Assembly: GCA_964492845.1 (NCBI GenBank) | Contig: CAZBMZ010000001.1 | Span: 273,643-337,642 of the forward strand | Origin: an uncultured Clostridia bacterium | GTDB taxonomy: Bacteria; Acidobacteriota; Blastocatellia; Chloracidobacteriales; JADJPF01 | Direction of reading: 5' to 3' | DNA: 64,000 nt | In this document: piece after piece, positions 19,780-28,911 of the stretch | How the letters are laid out: every line of letters begins with the position of its first letter | Position numbering within the stretch: position 1 is the stretch's first letter | Position numbers and translations under genes: made by a program | Notes under the pieces: model-generated | What the model was told of the DNA's origin: nothing | The model's input: the letters and a program-made list of their open reading frames with translations, nothing else | Databases searched by the model: none

Positions 19780-21265
19780 TAGATTTACACCTTTCTTCCA
19801 AAAGATTTTTAAGAATTTCGTTGAGCATTTGAGGATTGGCTTTTCCTGCTGTAAGTTTCATGACTTGACCAACAAAAAAGCCTATTAAACTTTGTTTACC
19901 TTTGCAGTATTGTTCTAACTGTTTAGGGTTTTCATCTATAACTTTAGCGGCAATATTTTGAATTTCTGTTATGTCTGTTATTTGTATTAGTCCTAGTTCT
20001 TCAACCAAAACTTTAGGTGATTTGCCGCTTTGAAACATTTTTTCAAATACTTCTTTAGCCATCTTGCCGCTAATTGTGTTATTTGTAATTAAATTAATTA
20101 GCTCTCCTAAATCAGTAGGCTTAATAGGACAAGCGGTAATCTCTAAGTTAGCATTTTTCAATTCTCCTAAAAGCTCGTTTAACACCCAATTAGCTGACAT
20201 CTTAGCATTATTAGAGCTTTTAACTACTTCCTCATAATAATCTGCCATTTGCCGAGATTGAGTTAAAATTATTGATTCTTCTAAGCTTAGTTTATATTCT
20301 TGTTGAAAACGCTCTCGGCGTGCTTCTGGTAGTTCTGGCAATTCTTTAGCGATCTCTCTTAAAAATTCATTAGAAACAATAATTGGAGGCAAATCAGGTT
20401 CAGGAAAATAGCGATAATCATGAGCTTCTTCCTTACTACGCATTACGTAAGTTCGACCTTCGCGCTCATTCCAAAGCCTGGTTTCTTGGCTAATTCGGCC
20501 ACCTTCTTTTAATACTTTAATTTGGCGGGCAATTTCATAATCTAGGGCTTTTTGTAAAAATCGGAAAGAATTTAAGTTTTTAATTTCTGTCTTAGTGCCA
20601 AGTTTTTCTTGTCCAACTGGTCGCACTGAGACATTAGCATCACATCTTAAACTTCCTTCTTCCATGTTTCCATCACAAACGCCTACATAAATTAAGGTTT
20701 TTCGTAAATACTGGACATAATCATAAGCTTCCCAGCTACTACGAAAATCAGGTTCGCTTACAATTTCTGCTAGTGGAACACCACTACGATTTAGGTTTAC
20801 ATAAGATTTAGTGTCAGACTCTAACATCCCTTCATGCAAGGATTTACCAGCATCTTCCTCTAAATGTAAGCGAGTAATGTTAAAACGTTTCTTTTTCCAT
20901 TCAACAGGTCTGCCCTGATCATCTCTTGGACTAGTAAGAATTTCTACCCAACCATTTTTAGAAAATGGCTCATCATATTGGGAGATTTGATAACCTTTTG
21001 GTAAATCAGGGTAAAAGTAGTTTTTACGAGCAAAAATAGATTTGTTATTTATTTGTAAGTTTAATGCTGTAGCTGCTTTGGCGGCCATTTCCAAAACTTT
21101 TTTGTTAAAAACCGGTAACGCGCCCGGCATTCCTAAACAAACTGGACAAGTATCAGCATTTGCTTCACCACCAAATTGAGCCGAACAACCACAAAAAATT
21201 TTAGTTTGTGTAAGTAGTTGAGCATGGATTTCTAACCCAATTACAGCTTCATAAACTTTATCCAC
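19772..21265 (-). CDS. gatB: Asp-tRNA(Asn)/Glu-tRNA(Gln) amidotransferase subunit B
   Basis: IGLEIHAQL, RKNYFYPDLPKGYQISQ, HLEEDAGK, SLRCDAN, DYRYFPEPDL. Confidence 0.98.
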   Translation of the reverse strand: MDKVYEAVIGLEIHAQLLTQTKIFCGCSAQFGGEANADTCPVCLGMPGALPVFNKKVLEMAAKAATALNLQINNKSIFARKNYFYPDLPKGYQISQYDEPFSKNGWVEILTSPRDDQGRPVEWKKKRFNITRLHLEEDAGKSLHEGMLESDTKSYVNLNRSGVPLAEIVSEPDFRSSWEAYDYVQYLRKTLIYVGVCDGNMEEGSLRCDANVSVRPVGQEKLGTKTEIKNLNSFRFLQKALDYEIARQIKVLKEGGRISQETRLWNEREGRTYVMRSKEEAHDYRYFPEPDLPPIIVSNEFLREIAKELPELPEARRERFQQEYKLSLEESIILTQSRQMADYYEEVVKSSNNAKMSANWVLNELLGELKNANLEITACPIKPTDLGELINLITNNTISGKMAKEVFEKMFQSGKSPKVLVEELGLIQITDITEIQNIAAKVIDENPKQLEQYCKGKQSLIGFFVGQVMKLTAGKANPQMLNEILKNLLEERCKSNA

Positions 21266-21433
21266 TTTGATACCTCAATTATAGATATAGAATTGAAAAT
21301 AGAAGGGGTTATTGTAACTAAGCCGGCAGAGAAAAAAAATTAATTTAACCGGAACAAGGAATTTCGGAAAAAAAGGTTGCCATAGCAAAGAAAAACGATT
21401 AAAAATCTCTTCGCCGTAAAAAGCTTAAATAAT

Positions 21434-21779
21434 GGGCCGTTAGCTCAGTTGGTAGAGCAGCAGACTCTTGTTCTTTGTAAATTAGGAGCGTTTAATGGAA
21501 ACATTAAACTGAAAAATGTGGCTATATGCTGGGAACCCCTTAGAGCTTTAAGTACGAGTCAATCGTAAAAATCTTAAAGATTGGGCAATCAGCAGGCAAC
21601 TCTTAAAGTAATTATATAAATTTTAAGAAAGCCCTCAGAGACTATACGCCACACACCCAAACAGGTTTTGCTGTGGGTGATGAGATAGTCCAGACTACAA
21701 CGCTTAAATCTAAAGCGGCTAGCGAAAGTTAGAGTGGTATGTAATCTGCGGGTCGCTGGTTCGATCCCAGCACGGCTCA
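21434..21779 (+). tRNA. tRNA-Lys(CTT), intron-containing (exon 1 21434-21468, exon 2 21742-21779); CCA not encoded
   Basis: Joined exons give a cloverleaf: acceptor GGGCCGT/ACGGCTC+A, D-arm GCTC/GAGC, anticodon stem GCAGA/TCTGC with loop CT-CTT-AA, T-arm GCTGG-TTCGATC-CCAGC. Confidence 0.93.
21469..21741 (+). ncRNA. Group I self-splicing intron, 273 nt, no homing endonuclease ORF
   Basis: P4 TGCTG/CAGCA, P3 TGTGGC/GCCACA, P7 GACTA/TAGTC (CAGAGACTATA; GATAGTCC), terminal G, U.G at the 5' splice site. Confidence 0.93.
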
Positions 21780-21798
21780 TCAATAAAATCAATAACTT

Positions 21799-21826
21799 AA
21801 AGCCATCAATCATAGGTGGCTTTTTT
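21799..21826 (+). terminator. tRNA terminator
   Basis: AAAGCCA/TGGCTTT plus T-run. Confidence 0.65.
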
Positions 21827-21949
21827 AGTTTTTATCTCAAAATTTTTAAGGAAAATTAATAGCTTAAAAAGCAAAAAGGGAGATAACTTTATCTCCCTTA
21901 AAAACCCACCATATTTTATTTATTTTGACACAGGTTTGACTATTCTAAA

Positions 21950-22504
21950 TTAATTAATTGGTTTGTCAGAATGTCTAGGGTGTCTAAATTGTTTTCTTTC
22001 ACCGCGCTTATTTTTGAATTGTTCTTTCATTTCTGCCAATTTTGCTTTTTGTTCTGGAGTGAATACAGCATTAATATCATTGTGCATCTTGAATTTTTCA
22101 CCCATCAATTTAGCTTTTAAGCCAGCCATTTCAGTTAATTTTTGTGTAGCAAGTGCTTCATTATAAACATTACCTTCAAAGGCTTGACGTAATTCTTGTT
22201 TTTTGGTTCTTAGTTCTTGTACTAAAGGCTTAACACTATCATGATGGCTTTGTTTAATTTGTTTGATTTGTGCTTTTTGATCGTCAGTTAAACCAAGTTT
22301 TTCTGCCATAAAAGAGCGCATTCTATCGCCACGTCTATGATGTCTGCCTTGAAATTCACCTTCTATATTTTCTATAGACGAAAGATCTGCAAATAAATCG
22401 CCTTCGCTCTTAGTATGTGCTGATACTAATTGAACAAAAGAAAAAGAGCCGACGAGTAATACTACTAAAGCTAAGAATTTGTTGATACCAGAAATTGTCC
22501 TCAT
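21950..22504 (-). CDS. Spy/CpxP family periplasmic chaperone
   Basis: Signal peptide; LTDDQK and FTPEQK (LTxxQ) motifs. Confidence 0.85.
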   Translation of the reverse strand: MRTISGINKFLALVVLLVGSFSFVQLVSAHTKSEGDLFADLSSIENIEGEFQGRHHRRGDRMRSFMAEKLGLTDDQKAQIKQIKQSHHDSVKPLVQELRTKKQELRQAFEGNVYNEALATQKLTEMAGLKAKLMGEKFKMHNDINAVFTPEQKAKLAEMKEQFKNKRGERKQFRHPRHSDKPIN

Positions 22505-22705
22505 GTTAATTTACCTTCCTTATATATAAAATTGCGTTTTAATTAATTTGTCACTGGTAAGAAACTATCGAAATAAAAAAAGTTTGGCAATTTTCAAAAA
22601 ACTTGCTAAAACTTTTAAGTTTCTTAAAAATTAATAATATAACTTAAGGTATCTTATTGATTAAAAATTATTAAAATTTCTAATTAATATTTGATAACAA
22701 AACAG

Positions 22706-22734
22706 TTGACAAACGTTTTGTTCATAGATAGTCT
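22706..22734 (+). promoter_or_regulatory. Sigma70-type promoter
   Basis: TTGACA-17 nt-TAGTCT upstream of 22849. Confidence 0.55.
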
Positions 22735-22848
22735 AGTTTTGGCAAATTGATTTTTGTAAGAAATTTAAGGCATAAAATTATTTTCCAACAACTTCATAAA
22801 CTTTATGTGGTGCAACTTTAACTATTTTAGGTTTTCTGGGAGGCATTA

Positions 22849-23547
22849 ATGAAAAAACGTCTTTATTTAGTTTGTTTTGCTTTAATAGCATTAATTTTTA
22901 CTTTCCAACTTGCTCCTACAGCTAATTCTGCTACTCAAGGTCTGAATAAAACATTAAACATTACTGGAACAGGATTTGACAAACAACGCTACTCTGGCAC
23001 TTTACAAGTTGTTTCTAGGAAGCTTGTTTCACCCTCGGCAGATATAGAGGGTGTAACTTTGACATGGAATGTGGGAGGTACTATTTACAAAGGAATTGGT
23101 ATTTCTACAGACCGCATTCTTACAGCAACTTGGGGTGGTTCTAGTTGTAGTTTGGTTGTTTATGCTGTTGAAGGCAATCAATTAAAAGGTCTTTGGACTG
23201 TAGCAGGACAAAGTAAATTAGGGACGGAACTTGCCAATCTTTCTTCAGGCTCAGGAATATCGGGTAGCTATAGAGTAACAGGTACAAATCTAAATGGCTC
23301 GCCTTATAAAGGCTCTTTAGATATTACTCAACAGGGGCCTGTCTATCAATTCTCTTGGAATACTGGTACAAAATATGAAGGAATTGGAATTAAGACACAA
23401 GACTTAATCTCTGTTGCTTATGGTGCAAATTCAAAAGACATTTGTGGTGTTGTTCAGTATGAAATTACTGATAATGGTCTTAAAGGCGGTAAATGGGGAA
23501 TATATGGACAAAATGCTTTAGGTACAGAACAAGGTACTCTTAGATAA
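22849..23547 (+). CDS. Secreted hypothetical protein with two beta-rich repeats
   Basis: Signal peptide; repeated Y.GTL....W..G..Y.GIGI...C..V.Y...L.G.W...GQ..LGTE. Confidence 0.75.
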   Translation: MKKRLYLVCFALIALIFTFQLAPTANSATQGLNKTLNITGTGFDKQRYSGTLQVVSRKLVSPSADIEGVTLTWNVGGTIYKGIGISTDRILTATWGGSSCSLVVYAVEGNQLKGLWTVAGQSKLGTELANLSSGSGISGSYRVTGTNLNGSPYKGSLDITQQGPVYQFSWNTGTKYEGIGIKTQDLISVAYGANSKDICGVVQYEITDNGLKGGKWGIYGQNALGTEQGTLR

Positions 23548-23760
23548 ATTATTTGTTGAAAAAGTTTATAGAACGATTAAATACTAATTAAAAATACTAG
23601 CTAGAGAGTTTTAGATACTAATAAGATTCTCTAGCTTTTTAGTTTTGCTTTAATTAAATTTTTAGCCAAATTTTTAGAAATTATGATATAACTGCAAGCT
23701 ATTTTACTGCTTTTGCTACAATAGTTTTTCACCTAAAAATTTAAGGAGCTTTCATTATTT

Positions 23761-24975
23761 ATGAGCGCAACACGTCCGCTAACAATTCTTTGTCTAGCTA
23801 GTTATGAAAAGGGCGCAGAGTTTATGCGAGAATGCAAAAAACAAGGTTGTCGTGTCTTTTTAGTTACTTCTCAAAGTATTGCTAATGCTGATTGGCCTAG
23901 AGAAAGTTTAGATGATGTTTTTCTAATCCCTGATCAAGATAAAAAATGGAATCGCAGCGATGTTATTTATGGAATTAGCTATTTAGCACGTAGCCAAAAA
24001 ATTGATCGAATTGTAGCACTTGATGATTTTGATGTAGAAACCGCCGCTGCTCTACGTGAACATTTACGCGTTCCAGGTATGGGCGACACTACTGCACGCT
24101 ATTTTAGAGATAAACTTGCTATGCGAGTACAGGCTAAGGATGCAGGAATTAATGTTCCTGACTTTTGCCATGTGCTTAATTATGATGAACTAAGAGATTT
24201 TATGCAGCGAGTTCCTGCACCTTGGTTGATTAAACCTCGTTTTGAGGCTTCTGCAACAGGAATTAAAAAAATTAATAATGAATCAGAACTTTGGCCCGTC
24301 ATTGATAAACTAGGTGATCAACAATCTTTTTATGTAATGGAAAAATATGTTCCGGGTGACATATTTCATATAGATTCAATAGTTTCTGAGCGTCAAATAG
24401 TTTTTGCTATGGCTAATCAATATGGCTATCCACCAATGGATGTTGCCCATCAAGGGGGAATTTTTACCTCTCGAACTATGGTTCGCGGTTCAGATGATGA
24501 AAAAGCTATGCAAGCTATGAACGCACAAGTATTAAAGGCTATGGGACTTGTTCGCGGTGTATCTCACACAGAATTTATTAAGGGTAGAGAAGATGGTAAG
24601 TTTTATTTTCTAGAAACTTCTGCTCGTGTTGGTGGAGCAAATATTGTTGAATTAAATGAAGCAGCTAGTGGGATTAATCTTTGGGCAGAATGGGCTAAAA
24701 TTGAGATTTTACGAGGAGAAAAACCTTATGAACTGCCGCCGCTAAGAGATGATTATGCTGGGCTAATTGTTTCTCTTGCTCGTCAAGAAAATCCTAATAT
24801 GGATGATTACAAAGAAGAAGAAATTTATTGGCGTATGAAAAAACGTCATCATGTTGGTTTAGTAGTAAGATCTCCTCGTCATGAAAGGATAGAGGAATTG
24901 ATAAATAGTTATGTCCAACGCTTTTATCAAGACTTTTTTGCTACTCAACCATTACCAGAAAAACCAGCAGATTAG
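23761..24975 (+). CDS. ATP-grasp domain protein
   Basis: FRDKLAMR, IKPR, HTEFI, FLETSARVGG. Confidence 0.88.
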   Translation: MSATRPLTILCLASYEKGAEFMRECKKQGCRVFLVTSQSIANADWPRESLDDVFLIPDQDKKWNRSDVIYGISYLARSQKIDRIVALDDFDVETAAALREHLRVPGMGDTTARYFRDKLAMRVQAKDAGINVPDFCHVLNYDELRDFMQRVPAPWLIKPRFEASATGIKKINNESELWPVIDKLGDQQSFYVMEKYVPGDIFHIDSIVSERQIVFAMANQYGYPPMDVAHQGGIFTSRTMVRGSDDEKAMQAMNAQVLKAMGLVRGVSHTEFIKGREDGKFYFLETSARVGGANIVELNEAASGINLWAEWAKIEILRGEKPYELPPLRDDYAGLIVSLARQENPNMDDYKEEEIYWRMKKRHHVGLVVRSPRHERIEELINSYVQRFYQDFFATQPLPEKPAD

Positions 24976-24999
24976 TCTAGGTTTTAGGTTGTAAATACA

Positions 25000-25506
25000 A
25001 TGCTAAAAGCTGATGAAATAATTGAGCTACTAAAACTAGAACCTTTAATTGGAGAAGGTGGTTTTTTTCGTCGCACCTACTTTTCAGAAATTAATCTTTC
25101 TCAATCAGTCTTATCTCCTGAATATAATGGCACTCGGTCAATTGCGAGTGCCATTTATTATTTTCTTACTCCAGATACTTTTTCCGAAATGCACAAACTA
25201 TTAAGTGATGAAATTTTCCATTTCTACTTAGGCGATAATGTAGAAATGCTGCAATTATACGGGGATGGTAGCGGTAAAATAATTACTATTGGCAATAACT
25301 TGGCAGCAGGAATTTATCCACAGGTTTTAGTTCCTGCTGGATGTTGGCAAGGTTTAAGATTAGTTGCTGGCGGAAGTCATGCTTTGCTTGGAACTACTAT
25401 GTCACCAGCATTTGACTACCATGATTATACTAGCGGAAAACGAGGTGTTTTGATAAAACAGTATCCTCAATATAAAGAACTAATTACCAGTCTTACAAAT
25501 GAATAA
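25000..25506 (+). CDS. Cupin_5 (DUF985) protein
   Basis: EGGFFRRT, SAIYYFL, H...SDEIFHFYLG, PQVLVPAG.WQ, PAFDY.D. Confidence 0.9.
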   Translation: MLKADEIIELLKLEPLIGEGGFFRRTYFSEINLSQSVLSPEYNGTRSIASAIYYFLTPDTFSEMHKLLSDEIFHFYLGDNVEMLQLYGDGSGKIITIGNNLAAGIYPQVLVPAGCWQGLRLVAGGSHALLGTTMSPAFDYHDYTSGKRGVLIKQYPQYKELITSLTNE

Positions 25507-25509
25507 TTT

Positions 25510-26373
25510 ATGAAACTAGCAATTTTACTATTAATTTTAATGCTACCAACAATTTTAATGGCTCAAAGCAAAGACCCTGTAAGGTCTAAGCCTAAAGGCG
25601 TTTTGCTAGAAGATTTAACTTGGGTAGAGGCCGCAAAATTGCTTAATGAAAAATCAATAGTTGTTATTCCTATAGGTGCAGCAGCAAAAGAGCATGGCCC
25701 ACACTTAAAGTTAAAAAATGATTTAATAATTGCTGAATACTTAAAAAATCGTGTTTTAGCTGAGGCAAATGTAATTGTTGCACCAACGGTAAACTATAAT
25801 TTTTATCCTGCTTTTCTTGAATATCCTGGGTCAACTTCGCTTAGGTTAGAAACAGCTAGAGATTTAATAGTAGATATTTGTCATAATTTTTCTGCTCATG
25901 GTGTAAGACGCTTTTACGTTATTAATACGGGAGTTTCTACACGTAAGCCATTAAAATTAGCTGCTGATTTGCTTACAGCAGAAGGAATTTTATTTGAGTA
26001 TACAGATATTATTAAAATTGCTGAAGCAGTAGAAAAACAGGTAAAAAAACAGCCAGGTGGAACGCATGCCGACGAGATTGAGACATCCATAATGCTTTAT
26101 ATTGCTCCTGAATCTGTAGATATGAGTAAGGCTGTAAAAGATTATCATCCTGATAAAGGCCCACTTACACGCAATCCTAACAATCCTCAAGGAACTTATT
26201 CAGCTACAGGAATTTGGGGAGATCCAACGCTAGCAACAAAAGAAAAAGGTGAAAAAGTTGTAGAAGCAATTGTTAGCGGAATACTTCGAGATATAGAAGA
26301 GCTTTCTAACAAGCCTTTTCCAAAAATTCATGCTAATGAACAGCCAACAGAAGACAAAAAAGAAGAAAAATAA
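25510..26373 (+). CDS. Creatininase family amidohydrolase, exported
   Basis: KEHGPHL..ND, YPGS, HADEIETS, G.WGDP. Confidence 0.88.
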   Translation: MKLAILLLILMLPTILMAQSKDPVRSKPKGVLLEDLTWVEAAKLLNEKSIVVIPIGAAAKEHGPHLKLKNDLIIAEYLKNRVLAEANVIVAPTVNYNFYPAFLEYPGSTSLRLETARDLIVDICHNFSAHGVRRFYVINTGVSTRKPLKLAADLLTAEGILFEYTDIIKIAEAVEKQVKKQPGGTHADEIETSIMLYIAPESVDMSKAVKDYHPDKGPLTRNPNNPQGTYSATGIWGDPTLATKEKGEKVVEAIVSGILRDIEELSNKPFPKIHANEQPTEDKKEEK

Positions 26374-26685
26374 CTTACTACAATAAACTAATTAGTAGTG
26401 CATAAGAATTAATCCTGTTAGTCAGTCTTAGGCATTACTAACTAGCCTAAAAAATAACTTTAAGCTAACAGATTACTTAAAAACCCTACCAAAATACATT
26501 AAATACCTAATTTACATTAAACACCTATTAGGATAAATTCCTAGACACACCTCAAAATCTAAAACTATTAATCAACAAAATTTTTCATTATTAGCTAAAT
26601 TAACTAAAGCTAAGTTAACTAAAAAAACTTGCCCCAAGAATAATTGCCCCTAGGCAAAAAACTAGTTTGGATAAGGAGAAAATAC

Positions 26686-27057
26686 ATGACAGCAAAACTA
26701 TATATTGGGAATATTGCTTATAATGTTTGTGGGGAAGATCTTTCTAATTTGTTTTCTGAGGCTGGTACAGTGCTAGCAAGCAGAATAGTCTTAGATCGTG
26801 TAACAGGTAAATCACGGGGATTTGGCTTTGTTGAAATGGCTAATGCTAATCAAGCAGAAATCGCTATAAGTCGCTTTAATGGTCATACTCTTTCAGGGCG
26901 AACATTATTAGTTTATTTAGCGCATGACAATAGAGAACTCAGCCGCCGCGCCCGTGAAGAAAAGCAAAAGATTTCTACTGCACAAAAAGCTGGTTTTTAT
27001 AATCAAGAGGAAAAGCTAATACCTGAACGCCGTCTATCTCGTAGCCAAGCAGGTTAA
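26686..27057 (+). CDS. RRM RNA-binding protein
   Basis: RNP2 LYIGNI and RNP1 RGFGFVEM; start moved to ATG after AAGGAG. Confidence 0.9.
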   Translation: MTAKLYIGNIAYNVCGEDLSNLFSEAGTVLASRIVLDRVTGKSRGFGFVEMANANQAEIAISRFNGHTLSGRTLLVYLAHDNRELSRRAREEKQKISTAQKAGFYNQEEKLIPERRLSRSQAG

Positions 27058-27084
27058 AACAAGCTTAGGTAGAAATAGCTATCT

Positions 27085-28758
27085 CTAAGATTTTTTGCGC
27101 ACTAGAACTAAGTGCATAGTAGGCTTGTTTTTTTTACCAAAAAGATGCTCCCAACGAAGTTGTAAAAGAGGTTTACTGTCCAAAACTTCTAAATTTACGC
27201 TGGTATTTTGCTTTAGTGTAGCTAAAAAGTCTTCTCTAGTAACAAAATAGGTCGTCTTATCATCGGCTAATTCTTTTAACATATCTTCTAACTTCCAATT
27301 TTGAAAAATTGCTCGCTCTGTATAAAACATCAAACTAGGTGTATCAACAGAAAATGTTCCTACTTTATCTGTTGAACCGGCTTGAGCCTTTATAATTTGG
27401 GCAAAATGTGGAATTGGCCGATAAAACTCTATTTTAGGCATTATCAAAGTAATACTTAATATTAATAACCAGCTAGAAACTAAAATTACAGGTAGTTGTA
27501 ATTCTAGTTTTTTAAGGCTAGCTATTAAACCTAGAGAAAGTAAAACTAAAGCAGTAATAGCTAGATAAATTAAATTTGTTCTTATTTCAAGCTTTTGGTA
27601 GGCTAGGAAAATTATTACACTACTTGCTAAACAAACTATAGCTAAAAGTAAGGATAAAACTATTTGCAAATTAGTAAGTAACTTATTGTGATTAAATAAG
27701 TTAAATCTAAAATAATAGGCAATTATTATTGCTGCTGCTGGATAAAGAGCAACTAGATAAACTGCACGTTTACCAATAGCTAAGCTAAAGAAAATAAAAA
27801 TAAAAATAAACCAAATAATTGTTAAAAAAGGTAAGAAAGATTTAAGCTTTTCTTGGCTAATATTAAGTTTTTCCTCTTTCCACCACTTAAACCAATAAAT
27901 AGTTGCTGGAATAATAAAGATTGACCAAGGCAAGGTTTCAGAAAAATAAACACCTACATAATAGTAAATTGCTCGTCCGCCCAATTCATCAGTCACATAT
28001 CTTTTTACAGTTTCATTAATTATATTAACTTGGATAAAATCCCAGCCATATTTCCAATACATTAATGTGTACCAAGACGCACCAACAACAGAAGTAATTA
28101 AATAACCTGTAGGGCTAAATAGTAGTTTTATAAGCTCCCAACGTCTTAGAAACAAAATAAATAGTCCTACCATAGTCATTGGCACAACAATAGCAACAAT
28201 TCCTTTATCAAGCATACCTAATCCCATAGCTAGATAAGCTAGAAGTTTATAGAGATTCTGCTTTTTCTTATCTGTTTCAATCAAAGCGCGAGCAAAATAA
28301 AACATAGTCAAACTAATAAACAGAGTAAGAAAAATATCTCCAGCATATTGACGGCAATAAATCATAAACTTTAACATTGTTGCCAAAACTAAAGCTGCAA
28401 CAATGCCTAACTCTTTATCTGCTAAAAGTTTACCTAACAAATAAGTTATCCAAATTATTAAAATTGCTGCAATTGCTATAGGCAAACGCTCGGCAAATTC
28501 TGATACTCCTAGCATCTGATAAGAAAAAGCAATAATCCAAGTTGCTAGTGGAGGTTTCTTAAATCGTGGTTGATAATTATAGGTAGGGATTAAGTAATTA
28601 CCGCTTTCTACAACTTCTCTAGCAGGTTCAGCATAAAAGCCTTCATTGCCGTCCCAAAGCGAGTTACCACCAAGATTAATAAAGAAAGGTAGACAAAAAA
28701 TTGAAATTAGCAGGAATATTTGCCAGCTTTTATTAAATTTACTTAATAATTCAATCAT
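27085..28758 (-). CDS. ArnT/GT83-like membrane glycosyltransferase
   Basis: E..YAE.ARE, KPPL..W, EFAERLP, DKG, LPWS, K...YL..LYPA; many TM helices. Confidence 0.88.
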   Translation of the reverse strand: MIELLSKFNKSWQIFLLISIFCLPFFINLGGNSLWDGNEGFYAEPAREVVESGNYLIPTYNYQPRFKKPPLATWIIAFSYQMLGVSEFAERLPIAIAAILIIWITYLLGKLLADKELGIVAALVLATMLKFMIYCRQYAGDIFLTLFISLTMFYFARALIETDKKKQNLYKLLAYLAMGLGMLDKGIVAIVVPMTMVGLFILFLRRWELIKLLFSPTGYLITSVVGASWYTLMYWKYGWDFIQVNIINETVKRYVTDELGGRAIYYYVGVYFSETLPWSIFIIPATIYWFKWWKEEKLNISQEKLKSFLPFLTIIWFIFIFIFFSLAIGKRAVYLVALYPAAAIIIAYYFRFNLFNHNKLLTNLQIVLSLLLAIVCLASSVIIFLAYQKLEIRTNLIYLAITALVLLSLGLIASLKKLELQLPVILVSSWLLILSITLIMPKIEFYRPIPHFAQIIKAQAGSTDKVGTFSVDTPSLMFYTERAIFQNWKLEDMLKELADDKTTYFVTREDFLATLKQNTSVNLEVLDSKPLLQLRWEHLFGKKNKPTMHLVLVRKKS

Positions 28759-28855
28759 GACTTTGGAAAAACTATAAAGTTTTAGAAAAATAAGTCTATA
28801 TAATTAGAATTTGTTCTGTAACTTATTGGTTCTAAAGAAATATTAGAATCTTAAT

Positions 28856-28900
28856 GCCCTGTAAGGGCATTTTGTAATAGCCCAGTCATGGCAGGGCTGG
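28856..28900 (+). repeat. REP-like palindromic element A
   Basis: GCCCTGTAAGGGC-ATTTTGTAATAGCCC...GGCAGGGCT; homologous to 33510 and 56928. Confidence 0.7.
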
Positions 28901-28911
28901 ACATAAATTTT

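Noticed and set aside
21589-21813. 74-aa minus-strand ORF
   Set aside because: Antisense to the tRNA 3' exon and intron core; no endonuclease motifs
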